DNA from: Nitrospirales bacterium
GTDB lineage: Bacteria; Nitrospirota; Nitrospiria; Nitrospirales; UBA8639
Reading direction: 5' to 3'
Assembly (NCBI GenBank): GCA_963555755.3
Contig: OY820905.2
Span: 4,384,001-4,448,000, forward strand
Length of the DNA stretch: 64,000 nucleotides
Shown here in pieces: positions 39,803 through 50,169 of this stretch (the first letter of the stretch is position 1; every line of letters starts with the position of its first letter). A program made the position numbers and the translations under genes. The notes under the pieces are model-generated. The model was given only the letters and a program-made list of their open reading frames with translations, searched no databases and had not been told where the DNA came from.

Positions 39803-40797
39803 TGGGCCACACTTTATCGGGTTCTGAAAAATCCGCGATCCTCTTATTAGCCATGGGGGAATTGCCCGCGGTCGAAGTCATGAAAATGCTTGACCCCAAG
39901 GATATTCGCCAGTTGGGCCAGGAGATGGGCGGCATGGCCAGTGTGGGCGCTGATGATCACTCCCTGGTCATGTTGGAATTTACCAAGCTGGCTTCGACCT
40001 CAGGGCTGTCCGTTGAAGGCAAAACCTTTCTGTCCAAGGTGTTGAATAAAGCCTTGGGTCGGGATAAAGCCCGCCGAATCTTGGCTTCTTTGAGCACGTC
40101 AGACAATGCGGGATTTGAAGCACTCAAGGTTCTTGATGCGGCGTCAATTTCCAATATGCTGACGCACGAGCATCCTCAAACCGGTGCCTTAATCCTGGCC
40201 AACTTGGACGCCGATCAGGCGGGGCAAGTGCTTGGGTTATTACCTGCGAAAAAACGTGAAGAAATCGTCTTTCGGCTGGCGTCTACCGAGGATGTCTTGC
40301 CGAGCGTGCTGGAAGAATTGAATATGGTCATTGAAGAAGAATTGCGGGTTGGGGTGGGTCGGAATGCGGTGCCGGTTGGCGGCGCCGGCATGGTGGCAGA
40401 AGTCCTGAATTCCGTTGGAAAGGATGTGAAGGATGCCATTCTCTCGTCGATGGAATCCCGCAATGAAAAACTGACCGAAGAAATACGGGCGAAGATGTTT
40501 GTCTTTGAGGACCTGGAATATGTGGATGATCGTGGCATGCAAGAATTGCTGCGCGAGGTAAGTAAAGAAGATCTTATGATTGCCTTGAGAGCGGCGGATG
40601 AAGTGTTGCGCGATAAATTCTTCAAGAATATGTCCAGTCGTGCGGCAGAGGCCTTAAAGGATGATATGGAGGCGAAAGGTCCGGCGAAGATCAGTGATGT
40701 GGAAGCCAGCCAACGCACGATTTTGAAAGTGGCCCAAAAACTCGCGGCTGAGGGACGAGTGGTGCTTGGAGGCAAGGATGGCGAACAGATGGTCTAG
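39802..40797 (+). CDS. fliG: flagellar motor switch protein FliG
   Basis: EHPQT, MFVFEDL and NMSSRAA motifs. Confidence 0.96.
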   Translation: MGHTLSGSEKSAILLLAMGELPAVEVMKMLDPKDIRQLGQEMGGMASVGADDHSLVMLEFTKLASTSGLSVEGKTFLSKVLNKALGRDKARRILASLSTSDNAGFEALKVLDAASISNMLTHEHPQTGALILANLDADQAGQVLGLLPAKKREEIVFRLASTEDVLPSVLEELNMVIEEELRVGVGRNAVPVGGAGMVAEVLNSVGKDVKDAILSSMESRNEKLTEEIRAKMFVFEDLEYVDDRGMQELLREVSKEDLMIALRAADEVLRDKFFKNMSSRAAEALKDDMEAKGPAKISDVEASQRTILKVAQKLAAEGRVVLGGKDGEQMV

Positions 40798-41443
40798 GAT
40801 TATTAAAGAGCCTGAGGGGGTGTTGGCGATTGAAAGCTGGGAAGCGCTGGATTTAGAAGAGGAGCGGCTGGCCCAAGAGCGTGCTGAACAGGAAAAGGAG
40901 CCCCCACACGATTGCTCGCAGTTGCAACAGGACGCCCATGCATCTGGAGTTGAGGCCGGGCGAACCCAAGGACGGGCTGAAGTGCAAGGCTCGGCTGACG
41001 CTGAAATACAACGAGCCTTAGGCATTGTGGCTCAAGTTGAGCAACTCCGTATACAATCCGCCAAGCAATCGGAATCCGATATTGTCGAGCTGGCGTTGGC
41101 CATGGCCCGAAAAGTCATTCATCGCGAAGCGGCTCTGGACCCAGATATTGTTGTCGCGCAAGTTCGGGAGATTATTTCCAGCATTGTTGAGACGGGCTTG
41201 ATTCGTGTTCTCGTTCACCCCGGTGATGTGGAGTATCTCCTAACCTTTCGCCAGTCGTTTGTTGGCGCCGATGGTACACCTGTGCAGCTCAGTATTGAAC
41301 CGGATGAGACGATCCAGCCAGGCGGATGCATTATCGAGTCCAGTCAATATTTCATGAACGCCACGATCGAAAAACAACTCGAAGCCATCTGGCAGGAAAT
41401 GATTGCGTCTGATGCCGAGATCGACCCTCCTTCAACGTCTTGA
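40778..41443 (+). CDS. fliH: flagellar assembly protein FliH
   Basis: GxxxG repeats, VHPGD and GGCIIES; position between fliG and fliI. Confidence 0.88.
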   Translation: MANRWSRIIKEPEGVLAIESWEALDLEEERLAQERAEQEKEPPHDCSQLQQDAHASGVEAGRTQGRAEVQGSADAEIQRALGIVAQVEQLRIQSAKQSESDIVELALAMARKVIHREAALDPDIVVAQVREIISSIVETGLIRVLVHPGDVEYLLTFRQSFVGADGTPVQLSIEPDETIQPGGCIIESSQYFMNATIEKQLEAIWQEMIASDAEIDPPSTS

Positions 41444-42755
41444 CGAAATTCGTCCCATCAAAATTCATGGTCGTGTCTGTCGAGCCGTCGGGCTGACAAT
41501 TGAAGGAACAGGACCAGTAACCTCTATCGGGCAACGGTGCCAAATTTTTTCTCCCGCCGGTGACCATGTTGAAGCGGAAGTGGTGGGGTTCCGTGACAAT
41601 CGGGTGCTCGTGATGCCACTGGGAGAGGTCCGCGGCATTGGGCCCGGCAGCCGTCTGGTGTATCACCCCGGCAGCCCCAGTGTGAGGGTGGGGTCTGAAT
41701 TATTGGGCCGGGTCCTGGATGGGTTAGGTCATCCGCTGGATGGCAAAGGACCTGTGCTTTCAACCGCCTCCTATCCCTTGTTTTCACCATCCTTCAATCC
41801 ATTGCATCGGGCCCGCATTACCAAACCGTTGGATCTAGGCATTCGTGCCATTAATGGGCTGCTGACCTGCGGACAGGGCCAGAAAATCGGTATTTTCGCT
41901 GGGAGCGGGGTAGGAAAAAGTGTGTTGCTCGGCATGATGTGCCGACAGACAGCTGCGGACGTGACGGTGCTGGCGCTGATTGGAGAGCGTGGTCGTGAGG
42001 TGAAGGAATTTATTGAAAAGGAGTTAGGGGAGGAAGGGTTGAAACGGACTGTGGTCATTGCCGCGACGTCCGATCAACCGCCACTCGTACGACTGCGTGG
42101 AGCGTTTATCGCGACCGCGATTGCCGAGTATTTCCGAGACCAGGGCCAGCACGTGCTCTTGCTCATGGATTCGTTGACGCGCGTCGGCCATGCCCAACGG
42201 GAAGTTGGCTTAGCTGTGGGAGAACCTCCTACGTCAAAAGGATATCCACCCTCGGTGTTTACCGTGCTGCCACGATTGTTGGAACGAGTGGGGCCTACGA
42301 CAACCGGGTCGGTAACAGGGCTATACACGGTGCTGGTGGAAGGGGATGATTTAGCTGACCCCGTCGCTGACTTCGTACGGACCATCCTGGATGGCCATAT
42401 TGTGTTAAGTCGAGACTTGGCTTCTCGTGCCCATTTTCCCGCGATCGATGTGCTCCAAAGCGTGAGTCGTGTGATGCCCGATATCGTTGAGCCTTCACAA
42501 ATGGACTCAGCACGTGCGTTGGTGGAACTGATGTCTCTCTATCGGAATGCAGAAGATCTGATTAATTTGGGGGCGTATCGTAGCGGATCGAATCCTCGAC
42601 TAGATTTGGCGGTCGCCATGATGGACCCGATCACACAGTTTCTTCGCCAAGGGATCGGCGACCGCGCTGACTTGGCAGCGAGTTTGCAGGGCTTGGATCA
42701 ACTAGTCGCGCACGCGCAGGAACTGGGAGGAAAAAGCGTGAAACGTGAAGCGTGA
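41412..42755 (+). CDS. fliI: flagellar export ATPase FliI
   Basis: AGSGVGKS, LIGERGREV and DGHIVLSR motifs. Confidence 0.96.
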   Translation: MPRSTLLQRLDEIRPIKIHGRVCRAVGLTIEGTGPVTSIGQRCQIFSPAGDHVEAEVVGFRDNRVLVMPLGEVRGIGPGSRLVYHPGSPSVRVGSELLGRVLDGLGHPLDGKGPVLSTASYPLFSPSFNPLHRARITKPLDLGIRAINGLLTCGQGQKIGIFAGSGVGKSVLLGMMCRQTAADVTVLALIGERGREVKEFIEKELGEEGLKRTVVIAATSDQPPLVRLRGAFIATAIAEYFRDQGQHVLLLMDSLTRVGHAQREVGLAVGEPPTSKGYPPSVFTVLPRLLERVGPTTTGSVTGLYTVLVEGDDLADPVADFVRTILDGHIVLSRDLASRAHFPAIDVLQSVSRVMPDIVEPSQMDSARALVELMSLYRNAEDLINLGAYRSGSNPRLDLAVAMMDPITQFLRQGIGDRADLAASLQGLDQLVAHAQELGGKSVKREA

Positions 42756-42912
42756 AGCGACCAGAGTTAAGAGTGAAAACCCTTCTCCACCCATAACGCA
42801 TCACGCATTACGCATCACGAAATGGAGCTATGCAAAACCGTGCAACGAAAAAAAAGAGGCGCGTTCAGTGGGTCATTTCTTTCCAGGTGGGAAAAATTTT
42901 CATAGGTAAATT

Positions 42913-43350
42913 ATGAATTGGGGCAACATTGTACGGTTTCGGACGCAAGTGGAAGATATGATCAAGGAGGAGTTAGCCTTGGCAGAATGGGGAAAAAGCC
43001 AGGAAATCACGAAACACGAGATACTCCAGGAGGATTTGCAAACCATTTCTGCAGAGTTGGAACGAAACTTGCCTCATGGCATTGCAGGAGCGTTTATCGA
43101 GGAGCGATATCGATGGTTGGAAGAAACCAGTCAACGGATAGAGCGTCAAGCCCACGTGCTCGGAGAACGAGAGAAGAAAATAGAGGCATTGCAGGATAAG
43201 TTAAAGGATGCGCATCACCAGAGACGAATCATGGAGATAATGATGACCAAACAACAGACCGAACGCCAACAACGAATCCAGAAGCACGAACAACGTGAGC
43301 AGGATGAGCTGGCGGCCTTTCGTGTCTTCGCGGGCAGGGAAGGGGTCTAA
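42913..43350 (+). CDS. fliJ: flagellar export chaperone FliJ
   Basis: 145-aa coiled coil after fliI ending EQREQDE. Confidence 0.8.
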   Translation: MNWGNIVRFRTQVEDMIKEELALAEWGKSQEITKHEILQEDLQTISAELERNLPHGIAGAFIEERYRWLEETSQRIERQAHVLGEREKKIEALQDKLKDAHHQRRIMEIMMTKQQTERQQRIQKHEQREQDELAAFRVFAGREGV

Positions 43351-43353
43351 TTG

Positions 43354-43989
43354 ATGTTCCCATCGCGTATCGTGACAGTGTGGATCGGGTTGGCATTAGC
43401 CTTGGCCTTGTTCGTGGTGATACCAGTCTACGGAACAGGCAGTGAGAAACAGGCTTCCCCATCTGGCACTCAGGCTGAGAATAGCCAGCCATATGAGGCT
43501 CGGGCTGAGGCTCATGCATCAATGGCTTCTTCCCAAGCGGCGGAACCTCAGGCGTCGTTGCCTGAAATGACGTTGGTGGAGAAGCTCCAGGCTCGTTTGC
43601 AACAGCTCGAAGAACGGGAACAACGTATCCGAGATGACGAACAACGGCTTGGGGTTTTGCGTCGAGACCTTGAACAAATGGCGACACGGCAAGAAAAGGC
43701 GATTGCGGAAGCGATGGCTATTCGCGAAGCGCAAAACGAATCAGGAGGAGAAGACGATGGGTCCCGAAAATCGTTGAAACACTTGATCAAAGTGTATGAA
43801 GCCATGGACCCTGACGAAGCCGCTCTGCGGATTAGCAAGATGAAGGAACCGTTAGCGTTGGATATTCTCGCGGGCATTAAAGAGAAAAAGGCTGCGGGGA
43901 TGTTGGCGGGGATTGAGCCAGTGAAAGCTGCGAAGTTAACAGAAGGGCTACGGTATTACCATCAAAGGAAACGAACGGCGACCCCCTAG
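43354..43989 (+). CDS. MotE-like (MgtE N-terminal-like) flagellar protein
   Basis: Signal/TM, coiled coil, LIKVYEAMDPDEAA...AAKLT. Confidence 0.75.
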   Translation: MFPSRIVTVWIGLALALALFVVIPVYGTGSEKQASPSGTQAENSQPYEARAEAHASMASSQAAEPQASLPEMTLVEKLQARLQQLEEREQRIRDDEQRLGVLRRDLEQMATRQEKAIAEAMAIREAQNESGGEDDGSRKSLKHLIKVYEAMDPDEAALRISKMKEPLALDILAGIKEKKAAGMLAGIEPVKAAKLTEGLRYYHQRKRTATP

Positions 43990-44150
43990 GAGCCTGTCCG
44001 AGATGAGCGATCGTCACGAGGTTGTGCCGGTTTGAGTCAGATTTTTCGATCGTTTGAGGCGAATAGTGGTGACTATTTAACAAAAACAATCGGAAAATCT
44101 GGCCAAATCCGGCGCAACCGCAGTAGATCGGTCTAATATCGGACAGGCTC
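43990..44150 (+). mobile_element. MITE family E (161 bp)
   Basis: TIR GAGCCTGTCCGA; starts directly after the C-TAG stop. Confidence 0.9.
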
Positions 44151-44193
44151 CTCACCTGATAATGTCTACATCGTCGTAAGAGCGTGATGTGAT

Positions 44194-45534
44194 ATGAGTA
44201 TCTTTCCTACATCTGTGTTGCCGGAGTTGTCAGCCGCTGACGCAAAGCCCGTCACTGGGGGGGCACCCTTTTCAAAGAGTGGAACCGCCGACAAGATCAC
44301 GGTGACCTCCTTTCCGGCGGTCTTGGCCCAAGCCAATCAACAAGGCACAACATCAAAAGCTCAGCCATCTGGGAAGGATCAATCGGGGAATCCCACGTCA
44401 CCATTCATCCCACAAGGAGAGCCTGAGGGTGAGGTGCCGAGTGGCTCAGATGGCATAGAAAACTTACCGGCAATCCTTACATCGCCCCTACTTGCTCAGC
44501 TAAGTGGATTGGAAGGAGCACCATTGTCTTTGGAGAATGCTTCGGTTCTTCTCTCTTCCACTCGTGTGGTGAAGGGCGCACTTCCCAATGAGGTCGACTT
44601 GGTCGCGACCCAGGTTTCCCTACACACCAGTAGGTCTGTCGTTGGCCACATTCCTCAGGGAGTACCACTGCCAACGGCGGTTGACCAAGACGTTTCACCG
44701 CCGGCATTGACTCGCGAGCCACTCGGACGGGTGCAATCCGGAAGTCCTCTTCCATTGCCGAACGTGCCTCTGTCATTTGTGAATGGGGCGTTCCGGCAAG
44801 GGCAGGTGTTTGGAGAGCCCGTGAATCCGTCCAATCTTTCCACAACGGTCCCTCAGCCTATTCAAGGAATCCTGGCTCCTTCATCAGGAACCCTCAGCAC
44901 GACGGGCAATGAGTCAGCTAGTCATGGCACATTGTCTGTGTTAGGGAAAGGAGAGGGAGAGACGGGAGGAAGTTCTCTTGGGTTTGATCAACGAGGCCAG
45001 CAAGAGAATGGCGCAGCGTTTTCTCACAAACAACATGCCTCGGGTCACACATTGGGTGGTCAGGCAGCCGTGACAGAAACGGGGAGTGAGTTTCGTGTGA
45101 GTGAATCACAATCAGCCGTTCGTCCGGACACGGTCGTCGATCGCTCGCGCGCAATGAACCTATTATCCCCGCAACGGTTGCAAATGGAAGTCATGCTCGC
45201 TAATGAGGCTAAGGTTCTAGTGGATGTGTTCGTCAAGCATCAGCAGGTGTCGACTCAATTGATGACGGACCAATTGATGCTCAGAAATCTCCTCCTTCAA
45301 CATCAACCCCAACTCGATGCTCAACTGTCCTCGGTTGGCCTCGAGTTAAAGCAATTTGGTGCGGAGGTCGGTGAACACGGGTTGTTTGGGCAGCATCTTT
45401 CAGATTCATCTGACCAGCATTCCACAGAAAATTCCGATGGGAGCGAGGTCGATGATGCCTCTGTTCTCCAAGCGTCTGACGTGTTGGTAGGGGCAGGGGT
45501 TGAAGCAGATGGGCGTTTCCACTTTGTGGCGTGA
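44194..45534 (+). CDS. fliK: flagellar hook-length control protein FliK-like
   Basis: Low-complexity S/P/G/Q N-terminus, C-terminal L..L..QLSSVGLEL; upstream of flgD. Confidence 0.7.
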   Translation: MSIFPTSVLPELSAADAKPVTGGAPFSKSGTADKITVTSFPAVLAQANQQGTTSKAQPSGKDQSGNPTSPFIPQGEPEGEVPSGSDGIENLPAILTSPLLAQLSGLEGAPLSLENASVLLSSTRVVKGALPNEVDLVATQVSLHTSRSVVGHIPQGVPLPTAVDQDVSPPALTREPLGRVQSGSPLPLPNVPLSFVNGAFRQGQVFGEPVNPSNLSTTVPQPIQGILAPSSGTLSTTGNESASHGTLSVLGKGEGETGGSSLGFDQRGQQENGAAFSHKQHASGHTLGGQAAVTETGSEFRVSESQSAVRPDTVVDRSRAMNLLSPQRLQMEVMLANEAKVLVDVFVKHQQVSTQLMTDQLMLRNLLLQHQPQLDAQLSSVGLELKQFGAEVGEHGLFGQHLSDSSDQHSTENSDGSEVDDASVLQASDVLVGAGVEADGRFHFVA

Positions 45535-45546
45535 TCACTATGTCAC

Positions 45547-45655
45547 TACTCAGGTGGATAGACTGAAGGCCGAAGGCTGTTAGGCGGCAATTATGCATGA
45601 TCATACAACACGTCAGGTATTGTGAATGATAGCCTTCAGCCTAAATGCCTGAGTA
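45547..45655. mobile_element. MITE family M
   Basis: TIR TACTCAGG/CCTGAGTA; TSD GTCAC. Confidence 0.75.
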
Positions 45656-45685
45656 GTCACAACACAATAACCTGGTGAGGTCAAC

Positions 45686-46351
45686 ATGGAAGTCAATAGC
45701 ATTCTCGATAATCTTGGGCTGAGACGGGATTTTACGGAGCAAGCGGACGCAACCAATGAGTTGGATCAAAATACCTTCCTGCGGTTGTTTATTGCACAGC
45801 TTGAAAACCAGGATCCCTTGGATCCATCCTCCAGCGAAGAGTTTGTAGCCCAACTCGCGCAATTTTCATCTCTAGAACAAGCGACTCAGACAACCTCACT
45901 GCTTGAAGAACTTCTTGCACAAGGGACTGAGCGCGGCCGCTTTGAAGCCGTCGCACTCATTGGCCATGAGGTGCTCGCCACAGGAAATACTGTCGAGCTT
46001 GATAGTGATGGGGTGGGAAACTTGGTGTATCAAGTAGCCGGTGAGATTTCCTCCGGAACCATTACGATCACTGATTTGACGGGAAAGGTGGTGCGATCCC
46101 TTATCTTAGAAACGCAGGCTGCAGGTCAACAGACCATTGAATGGGATGGGCTTGATAATGAGGGAGAACCGGTTTCCCCAGGTGTCTACCAATTTGCGGT
46201 GAATCCCCTCAATGCAGAAGGTGCCAGTGTGTCGGTGATCACGTTCTTGCGGGAATCTGTCAAAAGTGCAGTGTGGGAAAATGGGCAAACCGAATTGATT
46301 TTAGCCAGTGGTAAATCGTTGTCCACGGATGATGTGTTGTCGGTCTTTTAA
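45686..46351 (+). CDS. flgD: flagellar hook capping protein FlgD
   Basis: FLRLFIAQLENQDPLDP and QLAQFSSLE motifs. Confidence 0.95.
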   Translation: MEVNSILDNLGLRRDFTEQADATNELDQNTFLRLFIAQLENQDPLDPSSSEEFVAQLAQFSSLEQATQTTSLLEELLAQGTERGRFEAVALIGHEVLATGNTVELDSDGVGNLVYQVAGEISSGTITITDLTGKVVRSLILETQAAGQQTIEWDGLDNEGEPVSPGVYQFAVNPLNAEGASVSVITFLRESVKSAVWENGQTELILASGKSLSTDDVLSVF

Positions 46352-46478
46352 GAAAGTCGCTGGTCGCTAGGAACTTGGGATCTAATACGCGCTCTTTTTT
46401 CTAGCGACGAGCGACGATTCCTTAGTTTGAAAAAATGGTGAATTATTCAACAAACTCTCTTAGGAAGTGAGGTGAATC

Positions 46479-47816
46479 ATGGGACTCCAATCAGCATTTT
46501 TTACGGCCATCAGTGGAATCAGCGCCACAGGTCGCGCGCTTGGTGAAATTGGTAACAACATCGCTAACGCGGAAACGACTGGGTACAAATCACGACGAGT
46601 ATCGTTTGGCGATCTGTTTGGAGCTTCCATTGGAGGGGGGGGGACGTCCACCGCCCTCACGGAAGGACGGGGTGTCAGTGTGATCGGGGTCAATGCCAGT
46701 TTCTCCCAAGGCTCATTGGAAAGTACCTCTAACTCACTGGATTTGGCTATCGATGGAGATGGGTTTTTTCACGTCAGGGGTTCGTCCGGAAATAATTTCT
46801 ACACTCGAGATGGACAGTTTAGTGTCAATAATTCTGGAAACATCGTGAATTCGAAGGGATTTCTCTTGCAGGGATTTGGCGCCAGTCCCAGTGGAACCAT
46901 CTTGGGCACAACCGGCGATCTCTTGTTGTCGACGACACAGGAAGCAGCTTCGGTGACAACCCTTGTTGATGTCGGAGTCAATTTGGATGCCTCATCCACC
47001 GCAACCACTTTTGCGATCGCGGACCCGACAAGCACCTCACAATTTAGTACAGGCATTACGGTTTTTGATTCGCTGGGAACAGCCCATGATCTTACCATTT
47101 ACTTTACCAAAACAGCGAACCTGACATGGAATTATAACGTGGTTGCGCCATCCACTTCCGTGACCGTGGATGCCTCGGCCTTGTCAGGGACGAATGCGCT
47201 GATCTTTACGGGTTCATTAACGTTTACGACTTCTGGAGCGTTGGATACAGAAACGTCCATTGCCTATTACGATGCTTCCTCGGCATCCGTGGGAGGGATC
47301 GATTTTACAGGTGGGTCCGCAGCCACTCAAACGATCACGTTTGATTTTGGGACGAGCATCACCACCGATAGTGGTGGGGCCACAGCCGGGTTAGATGGCA
47401 CGACGCAGTTTGGTTCCACGTCAACGTTGTTGACGCTTTCTCAAGATGGGAAAACGAGTGGCACGCTCATTGGAACGTCAATTAGTGAAACCGGAATTAT
47501 CGTAGGTCGTTTTTCGAACGGAATCACCCGAAACTTGGGCCAGGTTGCCTTGGCTCGGTTCACCAATCCCGATGGGCTCGATGGGATCGGGGGTAATCAG
47601 TTTATTGAAACAGCTGATTCAGGATCACCGCTGACGGGGGCGCCAGGTACCGGAGCCTTTGGAAATGTGATTGCGAACACGTTGGAGTCCTCAAATGTGG
47701 ACTTAGGGGATCAACTTGTCAACATGATTAGAATGCAGCGAGCATTCCAAGCCAATTCGCGAATCATCACCACCACGAATGATCTCTTAGGTGAACTCGT
47801 GAATCTCGCTCGATAA
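46479..47816 (+). CDS. flgE: flagellar hook protein FlgE
   Basis: GNNIANAETTGYK, DLAIDGDGFF and LESSNVDL...QRAFQAN motifs. Confidence 0.96.
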   Translation: MGLQSAFFTAISGISATGRALGEIGNNIANAETTGYKSRRVSFGDLFGASIGGGGTSTALTEGRGVSVIGVNASFSQGSLESTSNSLDLAIDGDGFFHVRGSSGNNFYTRDGQFSVNNSGNIVNSKGFLLQGFGASPSGTILGTTGDLLLSTTQEAASVTTLVDVGVNLDASSTATTFAIADPTSTSQFSTGITVFDSLGTAHDLTIYFTKTANLTWNYNVVAPSTSVTVDASALSGTNALIFTGSLTFTTSGALDTETSIAYYDASSASVGGIDFTGGSAATQTITFDFGTSITTDSGGATAGLDGTTQFGSTSTLLTLSQDGKTSGTLIGTSISETGIIVGRFSNGITRNLGQVALARFTNPDGLDGIGGNQFIETADSGSPLTGAPGTGAFGNVIANTLESSNVDLGDQLVNMIRMQRAFQANSRIITTTNDLLGELVNLAR

Positions 47817-47844
47817 GACATTTGGTAGGTTTTAACAGTTAGGT

Positions 47845-47889
47845 AAGGGGATTGCTCTTGACGTTAAAGGAGAAATCCCCTTTTTCTTT
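47845..47889 (+). terminator. intrinsic terminator after flgE
   Basis: AAGGGGATT...AATCCCC followed by a T-run. Confidence 0.65.
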
Positions 47890-47892
47890 AAA

Positions 47893-48033
47893 GGGCACTT
47901 CTACAAACCGTCCTTTTCCGTGATGGCGGCGTCAGCCGCGTGCTCATATCCTCATGTATTCGCCCATACACTCCGGTTTTCCGCGCTCGGCTTCCTTGCC
48001 CTCACAAAAAATGCCTGGTTTGTAGAGGTGCCC
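47893..48033. mobile_element. MITE family G (141 bp)
   Basis: TIR GGGCAC.TCTACAAACC; other copies at 24207 and 61465. Confidence 0.88.
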
Positions 48034-48179
48034 TAAATAATCAAATCAGAAACCGTGGCATAAATACGAAATCCGAATGTGGAGAAAATCCGAAAGTCGA
48101 ATATCGAAATCCGAAACCCATTCAAATGTTCAATTTTCAAATGACCAAAAGGCCGGAAGAGAGACAGTACACGCTTGAA

Positions 48180-49061
48180 CCGAGAAATGGCAGTTGGGCG
48201 CAAAAAAGCTGTGTAAGATATTGCTGTGCATGGTGAAATACAAAAAGTCGTGGTCACCCTAGGGTTCGCGCAAGAATACCTCCCCCGGTTTGGGCGTCGA
48301 TCCATCCTGTTTGGCGGCGTTGCTCGTCCTTTCCATACGAGGAGTATGCGCAGTCCTCGCGCCTTGCCAGACAGGTGTCTCAGCACCCAACCAGGAGAAG
48401 GTATTCTTGCGCGAACCCTTAGTGGTGATGAGACCTTTTTGTATTTTGCGAGGAGCCTGTCCGAGATTAGCGATCGTGACGAGGGGGGGCTGGTTTGAGT
48501 CAGATGTTTCGATCGTTTGAGGCGAATAGTGGTGACTATTTAACGAAAACGGGGAATGTTCAAAAAGGCCATCCAGCAAGGCCGCAGGGGTTTTGGCGCG
48601 CGGAGCGTACACGGAGTACGTGAGCACGCCAAAAGCCCGAGAACGCAGCTGGGGGCCTTTTTCAACATTCCCCGAAAAGGATCGAAAGATCTGGCCAAAT
48701 CCAGCGCACCCGCAGTAGATCGGTCTAATCTTGGACAGGCTCCTTGGTGCGCTTAGGGTCCGTCACGAAATAACCGGGACAATTGGGAGGCCCAGATTTG
48801 TGATCGGGGCAAGGCGCGACGAGGGAGCAGAGCGGGGCTCTGTGACCGAGGAGCAACGCCGCCCCGGGCCAAAGATGGGCCTCCCCGGAGGGCCGGACGC
48901 TTTTGGGCTCCGCCGGCGTCGCTCATCGCTTCCATACTCCCGGTATGCGCGCTCTTCGCTCCTTGGCTCGCTCCAAAATCGTCTCGGCCAATTGTCCCGG
49001 TTATTTCTCGCAGGTCCTAAGAGCTTGCGCGGACTTTTGTGATCCAACTGCCATTTCTAGG
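48180..49061. mobile_element. nested MITE stack B[F, E[A], D/C chimera]
   Basis: B TSD TTGAA; F 48262-48418; E 48453-48742; A 48550-48674; D/C 48756-49017. Confidence 0.88.
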
Positions 49062-49218
49062 TTGAAGGTCCAACAAGCTAATTTGTCCGCTTTGCCCAAG
49101 GGGTCCGTTTGTGACATTCGGGTTTTGGATTTCTGATTTGTTTCGGATTTCGATATTCGTATTTCGATATTCGTATTTCGAATTTCACTGGTCAACGTGA
49201 TGGTGGGGGAAGGCTAAG

Positions 49219-49301
49219 AGATTTCTCCCAAGGGTCGAAATGACAAGAGAGGGTCGAAATGACAAGAGAGGGTCGAAATGACAAGAGAGGGTCGAAATGA
49301 C
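49219..49301. repeat. 20-bp tandem repeat (GGGTCGAAATGACAAGAGA.) from the family I end
   Basis: About 3.5 identical units. Confidence 0.9.
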
Positions 49302-49473
49302 AAAAGATAGTGTCAGAATTTACAACCCAGTGATGAGGGTTCTGACGCATCGTCTTTGAGAGGGAGGATGTGTGGTGTAAGGCTACGCGGTGATTTGCTG
49401 TGTTTTTCCAATCTTTTTCCAATCTTTTTCGGCTTTTTGACAAATGCTCCCGTCAATGTTTTGGAAATGTCTT

Positions 49474-49489
49474 TGGCATGAAGGTTGCT
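49474..49489 (+). promoter_or_regulatory. sigma54 promoter of the fliL operon
   Basis: TGGCAT-N5-TTGCT. Confidence 0.8.
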
Positions 49490-49541
49490 CTCTTTGGTAT
49501 AGAGGGCTATGTGGGACCATTGACAGGAGTGAGGACATACT

Positions 49542-50057
49542 ATGGCAGATACAGAAGGAAAAGCTGAGGAATTGGCCGAGGGCGGAATGAACAAAAAAAT
49601 GTTACTTCTCGTATTGTTGGTTCTTCTTGTTGTGGGAGGGGGGGGGGCAGGGGTTTTTTTCATGTCTGGGGGATATTCCGAGGGAAAAGAGAAGTCTTCA
49701 GATGCGTATGCGTCGGCAGAATCGAAAGCTGAAGACGAACCGGACCCTGAGTTTATCGGACCGGTTGTTGACTTGGAGCCCTTTGTCTTGAACCTGGCTG
49801 ATCATGATCAGCTTCGGTATCTCAAAGTGGCCATTAAACTCCAATTGGATCGGCCACAAGAAGAAACGGACTTTACCATCAAGCTGCCTGCCATTCGTGA
49901 TGCCTTGCTTGTGCTCTTGACGAGTAAGGAATCCCGATCCTTGCGAACCGTGGATGGGAAGATGTTGGTACGTCATGAAATTGGAGGACGGGTGAATACA
50001 ATCATGAAGAAAGGCAAAATTCAGCAAGTCTACTTTACGGAGTTCATTATTCAATAA
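49542..50057 (+). CDS. fliL: flagellar basal body protein FliL
   Basis: TM plus Gly run, FVLNLAD, IRDA and VYFTEFIIQ motifs. Confidence 0.95.
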   Translation: MADTEGKAEELAEGGMNKKMLLLVLLVLLVVGGGGAGVFFMSGGYSEGKEKSSDAYASAESKAEDEPDPEFIGPVVDLEPFVLNLADHDQLRYLKVAIKLQLDRPQEETDFTIKLPAIRDALLVLLTSKESRSLRTVDGKMLVRHEIGGRVNTIMKKGKIQQVYFTEFIIQ

Positions 50058-50169
50058 CAAGCGGAAGACGTGAAACGAAAGGCGGATGGGAATGGAGATG
50101 CCATTACGAGATTGTCTCTCTCGTCGTGCCTCTTCCGTTTCCCACCTTCCGATGTAATCTTAGGTATCA

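Noticed and set aside
49219..49301. Possible CRISPR array
   Set aside because: Identical 20-bp tandem units with no unique spacers and no cas genes; derived from the family I end.
47940..49443. Cluster of short ORFs between flgE and fliL
   Set aside because: All derive from repeats.
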